Assembly (NCBI GenBank): GCA_045594705.1
Contig: JAZNZB010000033.1
Location: 317 to 64,316, forward strand
Reading direction: 5' to 3'
Length of the DNA stretch: 64,000 nucleotides
DNA from: Eubacteriales bacterium
GTDB taxonomy: Bacteria; Bacillota; Clostridia; Oscillospirales; CAG-272
Shown: piece by piece, positions 57,939-64,000 of the stretch
How positions within the stretch are numbered: position 1 is the stretch's first letter
Layout of the letters: every line of letters starts with the position of its first letter
Position numbers and translations under genes: made by a program
The notes under the pieces: generated by a model
Told to the model about the DNA's origin: nothing
What the model saw: the letters and a program-made list of their open reading frames with translations, nothing else
Database searches by the model: none

Positions 57939-58898
57939 TTACAATCCCAGCACTGCTGCGCCAACGATGCCTGCATCGTTGCCAAGCTGCGCGATACGGA
58001 TATCAGTCAACTTGACAATACCGCCACCGTACTGCTCCGCTCTGACCTTCGGGATCAGCATATCCAAGAGGTACTGTCCTTCGCCGGAAACACCACCGCC
58101 CAGGGAAAGCACCTCGGGCTGGAAGATATTAATGACATTGGCAAGACCGCAAGCAAGGTGATCGGTATAGCAATCCACCACTTCCTTGGCAGCCTCGTCA
58201 CCTGCACGCAACGCGTCAAATGCAGTTCTTCCGGACACCTTGCCCTTCTCAGCCACCATCTGACTCATCAGCGTCTCTCTGCCGCTCTGCTCACATTCCT
58301 CGATCTTCTCGCGAGTCATGCGGATCAGCGCAGTTGCCGAGCTGTAAGCCTCCCAGCAGCCCTTTCTGCCGCAGGAGCAAGGGGCGCCATTCTTGACGAT
58401 CACAATGTGTCCAAGCTCTGCACCTGCATAGTTAAAGCCGGAATAAACCTTATTATCAATGATGATACCGCCGCCAACACCTGTGCCAAGCGTGATCATA
58501 ACAGAATTGGAGCTCCCCTTTGCAGCACCCGCGATTGCCTCACCCCAAGCAGCGGCATTGGCATCGTTCTCAATATGGAATTCCTTTGCGGGGAAATCCT
58601 TTTTGATCAGATCGCAAATGGCAAACTTGTGGAAAGGCAGATTGTTTGCATATTCCACCACGCCCGTATCGTGATTGCAGATACCGGGTGAAGCGATACC
58701 AACCGAATCGATATCATCTACCGTAATGCCGAAATCAGCGCAGACCTTATGGCACAGCTCTGCAATGCTTGCTGCGATCTGCTCCGCGGGACGCTGTGCC
58801 TCAGTGGGCACGCTTGCCTTGCATACGATACGGTACTCGCCGTCAACAATTCCTGCGGCGATATTGGTTCCACCAAGATCAATTCCTATTCTGTACAT
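57939..58898 (-). CDS. glcK: ROK-family glucokinase
   Basis: 319-aa ORF with IGIDLGGTNIAAG, the ROK signature and the zinc motif CSCGRKGCWE. Confidence 0.85.
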   Translation of the reverse strand: MYRIGIDLGGTNIAAGIVDGEYRIVCKASVPTEAQRPAEQIAASIAELCHKVCADFGITVDDIDSVGIASPGICNHDTGVVEYANNLPFHKFAICDLIKKDFPAKEFHIENDANAAAWGEAIAGAAKGSSNSVMITLGTGVGGGIIIDNKVYSGFNYAGAELGHIVIVKNGAPCSCGRKGCWEAYSSATALIRMTREKIEECEQSGRETLMSQMVAEKGKVSGRTAFDALRAGDEAAKEVVDCYTDHLACGLANVINIFQPEVLSLGGGVSGEGQYLLDMLIPKVRAEQYGGGIVKLTDIRIAQLGNDAGIVGAAVLGL

Positions 58899-58955
58899 AA
58901 GCGTTCCTCACTTTTCTTGAGCGTGTCACTTGGGTCACGCATCATTCTTGTCTTT

Positions 58956-58984
58956 ATTATACTAAAATCTTTCATCTTTGTCAA
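58956..58984 (-). promoter_or_regulatory. exact consensus promoter TTGACA-N17-TATAAT for glcK
   Basis: The minus strand reads TTGACAaagatgaaagattttagTATAAT, about 55 nt upstream of the ATG. Confidence 0.6.
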
Positions 58985-58992
58985 TTGGCAGA

Positions 58993-59766
58993 TCAGACTT
59001 TTTGCAGATTTTTGCACACGTCGGCTACAAGCTCCTCAAACACGTGACAAATGCGTGCCGTATCCTCGGGCGTATAGTAAAAATGACTCGAGCCGGGCAA
59101 AAATTCACATTTCGCACTCGGATTCTTCTCAAAGGGCTTGATCGATCTGCGTCCCACCACCTCATCCCGATAGGATTGCAGCGCGATCATGGGCAGATCG
59201 TAGGAGCCGATCCGCTTACGCGTGTATCTTGAAATGGCGAACAGATCCAAAAAGCGCGGTGCGCAGGACAGAAATTCCCCAAGACTGATCTGATACACCT
59301 CAACGCCGCAGCATGCGCGCGCTGCAGCCATGGCGGCGTCCTCGCCGTCCGGGTTGCAATTGATCATACGGATCGCAGTTTTGACAATGGGCGGATCGCA
59401 CTTGGGATACAGTGCAGCTCCCAAAAACAGCATGCCGGCGATCTTTTGCTCCACCCCCAGCTTAACAGAAGCGTTGGCGGTCAACATGCATCCCATGGAA
59501 TGCGCCACGATCACCACACGGTCGAAGAGCTCGCAAGCACGCGCAACCTCCCGCTCTACCTGTGATTCCCATTTTTCCCGGCTCGTATGCGCAAAATCGC
59601 GCAATGCACCGCCGTGTCCGTCCAGTTGTATACTTTGCACCTCCCAATCCGCGGGAATATACGGCAAAAGCATATCAAAATGATGCGGACTCCCCAAAAA
59701 ACCGTGCACCATCAGCACGCAAACGCGTGCTCCCGGCACTTCGAGAGAAAACGGAGCATGCTTCAT
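58993..59766 (-). CDS. alpha/beta hydrolase (carboxylesterase or lysophospholipase-like)
   Basis: 257-aa ORF with VLMVHGFLGSP and the nucleophile elbow AHSMG. Its ATG directly abuts the upstream stop (TAAATG). Confidence 0.7.
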   Translation of the reverse strand: MKHAPFSLEVPGARVCVLMVHGFLGSPHHFDMLLPYIPADWEVQSIQLDGHGGALRDFAHTSREKWESQVEREVARACELFDRVVIVAHSMGCMLTANASVKLGVEQKIAGMLFLGAALYPKCDPPIVKTAIRMINCNPDGEDAAMAAARACCGVEVYQISLGEFLSCAPRFLDLFAISRYTRKRIGSYDLPMIALQSYRDEVVGRRSIKPFEKNPSAKCEFLPGSSHFYYTPEDTARICHVFEELVADVCKNLQKV

Positions 59767-60951
59767 TTACGCCACCATATCAAGCGCAAACTTGGGCACG
59801 TAGTAATATACCGCGAAGCGTGCAGACTGATCACTTCCCGTCACCAGATCACGGCGCACCACGGGCACGTAGGGCGTGGGATTACAATCGTATTTACTGG
59901 AGATCTTACCACCTCCCGTAATATTGCCGAACATCTCTCCCCAACCGCCGTAATAATTCAGGTACTCCTGAAAATCGTTATAGTGATTATAGGTGTAGAA
60001 CACGTAGCGCTCGTTGATATCAATGATCTTGTCTCCGTTGACGTCAAAGCGCGCATATACGATACGGGCAGCACCGCGCGTGATGCTGTGTCCGTCGTTA
60101 TAGACCTCGGGGCGGTATTGAGGATCGCAATCCGTCCCCGTCGTGCCGATATCGATCTCGTAATATTCCAGTCGGCCTCCGCATCCGCTGATGTCAGGCA
60201 GCTCGGGCTCGTAGGGATATTTGGTGGTATTGCCCGAGAATTTGGTATGATTGACGCGCAGATACTCTCCCCAGATACTATCGTCGGGATCGGTTCTTTT
60301 GGACGAGGAATAATTTGCGGGGATGTCGCCAAAGGCAAACACGTAAGCCGCCACCTCTTCCAAGGAGACGTACGCTGCGCCCTTGAATACTTGGCTGACC
60401 ACCTCGCCGTAGCCATCCACGATATAATAGGTATTGCCGTCAGCCGAGAAATATGAGTACGTGTTGCGCACGTATTTGCCATCCTCCATGGGCTGATAAT
60501 CGGCAACCGTGGGCTTTTGATCCTGAGGCTCGATCGAGCCGGACATAAAGCCGTGCTGCGTACGGTAATAGGCGTCCCAATAATCGTCCGCAGGCTCGTA
60601 ATCGCTATAGAATTCCGCCGCCGACATATTGACGTAAGGATCCTCGGGCGGTTCACTCGGCGCCGTGGTCTCCGCTTCGGTCGTGATTTCTTCAGTTGTA
60701 ATCTCTTCGGTCGTAATCTCTTCGGTTGTGATCTCTTCGGTTGTGATCTCTTCGGTCGTTTCCTCGGGTGTCGTCTGCTCAGGAGTCATTTGCTCGGTCG
60801 TTTCCTCTTCGGTTGTAACGACCGTTTCAACAGTTTCCTCACCGATCAGTGCACTTGTGATCTCCTCAGAGCCCTCAGGCAGCACGTCACAGCTGCAAAG
60901 CAGCGCAAACACCAGCAAAAGAGCCCCGAAAATAGTAACTAATCTTTTCAT
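59767..60951 (-). CDS. lipoprotein with an (EEITT)n linker and a C-terminal barnase/RNase Sa-family ribonuclease-like domain
   Basis: The signal peptide and lipobox are MKRLVTIFGALLLVFALLCSC. The C-terminal region aligns by eye with barnase: VAAYVFAFGDIPANY, LEYYEIDIG, TRGAARIVY and YTYNHYNDFQEY. These correspond to the conserved Glu, the Arg-x3-Arg pair and the His. Confidence 0.6.
   Translation of the reverse strand: MKRLVTIFGALLLVFALLCSCDVLPEGSEEITSALIGEETVETVVTTEEETTEQMTPEQTTPEETTEEITTEEITTEEITTEEITTEEITTEAETTAPSEPPEDPYVNMSAAEFYSDYEPADDYWDAYYRTQHGFMSGSIEPQDQKPTVADYQPMEDGKYVRNTYSYFSADGNTYYIVDGYGEVVSQVFKGAAYVSLEEVAAYVFAFGDIPANYSSSKRTDPDDSIWGEYLRVNHTKFSGNTTKYPYEPELPDISGCGGRLEYYEIDIGTTGTDCDPQYRPEVYNDGHSITRGAARIVYARFDVNGDKIIDINERYVFYTYNHYNDFQEYLNYYGGWGEMFGNITGGGKISSKYDCNPTPYVPVVRRDLVTGSDQSARFAVYYYVPKFALDMVA
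60676..60765. repeat. six tandem 15-bp units encoding the (T)TEEI repeat
   Basis: The units are TTCGGTCGTGATTTC, TTCAGTTGTAATCTC, TTCGGTCGTAATCTC, TTCGGTTGTGATCTC (twice) and TTCGGTCGTTTCCTC. Confidence 0.85.
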
Positions 60952-60975
60952 ATGCGTGTTTCTTTCGTATTTTTG

Positions 60976-61683
60976 TTAAATTTCGGTTTTGCCGCAGTAT
61001 TTCATGTCCAGTCCTGCAGCGTACAAATGAGACATATCCGAGTAGCAAAGCAGACGCGGCACGGTATATCCGGTCTTGGAGTTTCTGAATTCAATGATTG
61101 TCACGCCCGAATGGGTGTAGTTGAACCCCGCCCACATCAGATGCAGCGGAATGTGCAGCAGCTGCGAGACAAAGATCCTGCCCATGCCCGCGTGGCAAAA
61201 CAGTGCGACCTTGTCGTCACTTGGCGCAAGGATGCGGTAGATTCCGTTCTCTTCCTTGTATCCGAGGCGTTCGAGAAAATCCCGACCGCCCGCTGTAATG
61301 GTATCCTGCGCCGCCTTCATGCCGGAGGTGGAAAACCCGGGGGCTTCAAACGCCCGCTCGTAGGAAAGATCGATCCCGCCGTCGCGGCGGAAATGCACGC
61401 GATCCACCAAGGAGACCGATTTGAGCTCACCGTCGGGATACGGCGTCAGCCTGTGCTCGTCTCCGATCTCGTGTGCCCATGGCTCGACGGTATATTCCAG
61501 CCCGAGCAGTCTGCAGGTCGGCTCAGCGGTCTGCCGTGCTCTGCCCATGGGCGAGGAAAACACGCGCGTAATGCCCGCGTCCGCCATTCTCTTGCCCACC
61601 GCCTCAGCCTGCAGCACGCCGCGTTCGGTCAGAGAGTCGGTTTCATAGTTCGGATCGCCATGGCGAATGATGTAGAGTAACAT
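60976..61683 (-). CDS. histidine phosphatase family protein (phosphoglycerate-mutase-like)
   Basis: ORF 60976-61734. The ATG at 61683 gives MLLYIIRHGDP (RHG motif). It starts 1 nt after the upstream TGA. Confidence 0.8.
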   Translation of the reverse strand: MLLYIIRHGDPNYETDSLTERGVLQAEAVGKRMADAGITRVFSSPMGRARQTAEPTCRLLGLEYTVEPWAHEIGDEHRLTPYPDGELKSVSLVDRVHFRRDGGIDLSYERAFEAPGFSTSGMKAAQDTITAGGRDFLERLGYKEENGIYRILAPSDDKVALFCHAGMGRIFVSQLLHIPLHLMWAGFNYTHSGVTIIEFRNSKTGYTVPRLLCYSDMSHLYAAGLDMKYCGKTEI

Positions 61684-61684
61684 A

Positions 61685-62338
61685 TCAAACGACCTCGGCG
61701 ATGACCTCGCAAGCACGTGCGACGTCATTGGCATTCATATTCAGAGATGCAGTCTTGGCGGGCAAGCTGCCGATGATCTTTTTATAAATAGTCAAAGCCG
61801 CGACACAGCTGCCTGCATAGGACGGATGCGAGAGGTCGGGGTCGTATAGCTCGATCTCGGGATACGCCTTGCGGATCTCGAAAAAGCTCTTGCCCACGTG
61901 CGCGCACCGGCCGCCAACCTTGCGTGCAGCCGCCTCGTAAGCAGCCGCCAGACCCTCGGTCATGCTTTGATTGGTCCAGCCGAATTCCTCCAAGAGGTCA
62001 CAGCCCTCCTTGCGTCCCCAGGTTGCGTACATCACGGTTCTTGTGGGCTTGACAAGCTCCACACAGCCGCACACCCCGCGCAGAAATTCGCGGTAATGAG
62101 ACATGGGCGTGTGGCTCTGCTCCTGCAGGATCAGCACGTCGTACGCGCACTCCTTGCACTTGGCCACGACCTCTGCGTGCAGCGCATCGCCCTCGTCCAA
62201 ATTCTGTACCAGACGTCTGCCGCCCGCAGTGATCGAATCCACTTTTGCGTCCACGCCGTTTTCATCAAGCAGTGCCTGCAGGATTCTTGGCAGATCGGAA
62301 AAATAGGTATAACTGTTTCCAAGCATCAAAATTTTCAT
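61685..62338 (-). CDS. SGNH/GDSL-like hydrolase (DUF4886-like)
   Basis: ORF 61685-62413. The ATG at 62338 (AAGGAG RBS) gives MKILMLGNSYTY, a block I-like motif. Confidence 0.6.
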   Translation of the reverse strand: MKILMLGNSYTYFSDLPRILQALLDENGVDAKVDSITAGGRRLVQNLDEGDALHAEVVAKCKECAYDVLILQEQSHTPMSHYREFLRGVCGCVELVKPTRTVMYATWGRKEGCDLLEEFGWTNQSMTEGLAAAYEAAARKVGGRCAHVGKSFFEIRKAYPEIELYDPDLSHPSYAGSCVAALTIYKKIIGSLPAKTASLNMNANDVARACEVIAEVV

Positions 62339-62343
62339 GGTTG

Positions 62344-64000
62344 TCATTCTCCTTTCACAGGCAGCCATACGGCGATGGCGGAATGCTCCCTGTTCCAGTA
62401 CTTGCCGCACCAAGCGTAGTCGGTCAGCAGCACTTGTCCCTCATCCGTTTCCATGACAAAGCGCACCGTCTCGCCCACCTCGGGGTCGATTTGATTCAGC
62501 ACCAAGCGTCCGTCGCGCGTCACGGGGGTAAAGGGCGCGTTGATGTCCCCGGGCTCCTTCTGCTCGTCGCGTGCCAGCACGATATTGCCGTACACAAACG
62601 CCTGCTTGCCGTTGAGCGCCAGTCTTTCCACCTTGGGGTGCAGCTCCAGCGTGATCACATCGCCGTCCTGCCAAAGCTTACCCAGCTGATTGTAGCCCTT
62701 GACGCATTCCAGCACTTCACCGTTCAGGCACAATGCGGGCTCGTGACTCCACTCGGGCACGCGCAGCTTGACGGCAAAGGTCTCGGGCGCGTCAAGGCAA
62801 ATCTTGATCTGCACCTTGCCCTCTTCGATATATGCACCCGAAATTTCAAATCTCACTGGATTGCCCGCAGGCGTGGTCGCGCTTACGACGCCGTTCTGAT
62901 AACCGTTGAAGGCAAAGCCATGATCGTACGCCAGCACCTGGATCAGCGGGAACAGTGCCGTGCCCGCAGCACCGATGCAAGCGCAGCAGCCGTAATAGCC
63001 GCCCGAGCTGAATTTCTTGTAGCCGCCGATGCCGATGCCACGCGGCTGATAGGTCAGGGGGCTGTAGCTGTCAAACGGCACGCCTGCCACATACGTCTTG
63101 TCCTCAAAGCTGAACTGGGTCTGATTGAAGGGGTTGAGGCTGCCGTACAGCGCGTTGTATGCCGAGCGCTCGATGTCCTGCACGTAAGATGCGTTGCCGG
63201 TCAGACGCAACAGTCTTTCCAAAAGTCGCATCCATGTCACGGTCACACAGGTCTCCTGCATAATGCCGCGATCGGGCGCGGGCTCGGTCTGCGCCATGGC
63301 AGAGTGGTCAAACAGCTCGTGCGTGCAGCCTGCACAGCCAATGACGGTAATATCACTCTCTCTGACCGCCTGTACGAATTTTTCTACAATACGTAAATAA
63401 CGCTCCTCGTCCGTCACCTCGTACCAAGCCAAAGCGCCCTCAAAATAGGACATCATTTCATATGCCTTGACCTGCGGATACTGGTAAGGATAGATCTCAC
63501 CCGCCTCGGCAAGGTCGAGCAGATTGCCACCGTGGCAGCCGCCCTGATCCAATATGTACTTGGCAAAATCCAAAAATCTTATCTTGCCTGTGAGCTTGTA
63601 CAGCTCGATCACAGGCTCTAAGATGGTGCTGGAGTTGAGTCCGCCCCACGCAGCGGAGGTATCCAGAATGGACATCTTGCCCTCCTCTGCACCGATGTGC
63701 GCGATCAGATAGTCCACGTGCTTTTCCATGCAGTCTAAAATGCGCGCCTTGAACTGCTCGTCACGGCAAATGCCGTAGAAATACAGGCAGCCCACCAGCA
63801 CGTACTTGCGCGACCAGATATCCCAGCCTGCAAACTCGTGCGAAACAGGATAGGACGCAATTCTGCCAAGCTCGTCCTGCGTGTCAAGCAGGTCGGAAAC
63901 GGTCTTGTAAAGGATCTCGTACAGCTGCTGGTCGGGCGCATACGTGTAGGTCAGACACGCGCCGCGCATCATTTTGCCGAAGTATTCCCCGCGCCAGCCA
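62344..64000 (-). CDS. GH127-family glycoside hydrolase (beta-L-arabinofuranosidase-like, DUF1680); N-terminus beyond the right edge
   Basis: The reading frame stays open upstream of the ATG at 63972 (…WRGEYFGKMMRGA…). The Cys-rich YYGCCACIGAAG motif and the overall character match GH127. Confidence 0.8.
   Translation of the reverse strand, partial: GWRGEYFGKMMRGACLTYTYAPDQQLYEILYKTVSDLLDTQDELGRIASYPVSHEFAGWDIWSRKYVLVGCLYFYGICRDEQFKARILDCMEKHVDYLIAHIGAEEGKMSILDTSAAWGGLNSSTILEPVIELYKLTGKIRFLDFAKYILDQGGCHGGNLLDLAEAGEIYPYQYPQVKAYEMMSYFEGALAWYEVTDEERYLRIVEKFVQAVRESDITVIGCAGCTHELFDHSAMAQTEPAPDRGIMQETCVTVTWMRLLERLLRLTGNASYVQDIERSAYNALYGSLNPFNQTQFSFEDKTYVAGVPFDSYSPLTYQPRGIGIGGYKKFSSGGYYGCCACIGAAGTALFPLIQVLAYDHGFAFNGYQNGVVSATTPAGNPVRFEISGAYIEEGKVQIKICLDAPETFAVKLRVPEWSHEPALCLNGEVLECVKGYNQLGKLWQDGDVITLELHPKVERLALNGKQAFVYGNIVLARDEQKEPGDINAPFTPVTRDGRLVLNQIDPEVGETVRFVMETDEGQVLLTDYAWCGKYWNREHSAIAVWLPVKGE

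Noticed and set aside
58993-61734. Search for a barstar-like immunity gene next to the RNase-like lipoprotein
   Set aside because: No ORF of about 90 aa with barstar character exists on either strand. The small ORFs in the track here are antisense or out-of-frame shadows.

Overview
This is a 64-kb chromosomal segment from a moderately GC-rich Firmicute. The protein character suggests Clostridia, Oscillospiraceae/Ruminococcaceae-like, but that taxon call is inference only. About 90% of the coding is on the minus strand. Housekeeping genes include the intact rpoB-rpoC-rpsL-rpsG-fusA-tuf block (16.6-28.9 kb), rpsT, metK, alaS, recD2-comFC, rqcH, ppiB, coaW, rlmI and glcK. An FMN riboswitch with a terminator-type expression platform precedes a RibU-like ECF S-component. 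The left end carries peptidase, asparaginase and GH20 genes. The right end carries a tightly packed GH127-led operon that contains a lipoprotein with a barnase/RNase Sa-like domain. The most unusual content is a 14.7-kb, seven-gene minus-strand operon (41.2-56.0 kb). It has an exact consensus promoter, a leader of about 450 nt with a GC-rich structured core, and a 1252-aa solute-binding protein with CBM-like modules and no lipobox. It also has two complete MalF/MalG-like permease pairs, an NHL-TPR-YIP1 fusion membrane protein and a 1421-aa DUF5696-like protein with a long coiled-coil tail. It has no ATPase, regulator or recognisable glycosidase. Several intergenic regions hold nested-palindrome, MITE-like repeats, and two related copies bracket alaS. 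Five promoters are exact TTGACA-N17-TATAAT matches. I saw no rRNA, tRNA, CRISPR array, transposase, integrase or phage genes. The ORF track extends ORFs to the farthest ATG/GTG/TTG, so several starts were moved downstream to RBS-supported codons. The many very long antisense ORFs are treated as codon-bias shadows. All family assignments come from reading motifs by eye and need HMM or BLAST confirmation.
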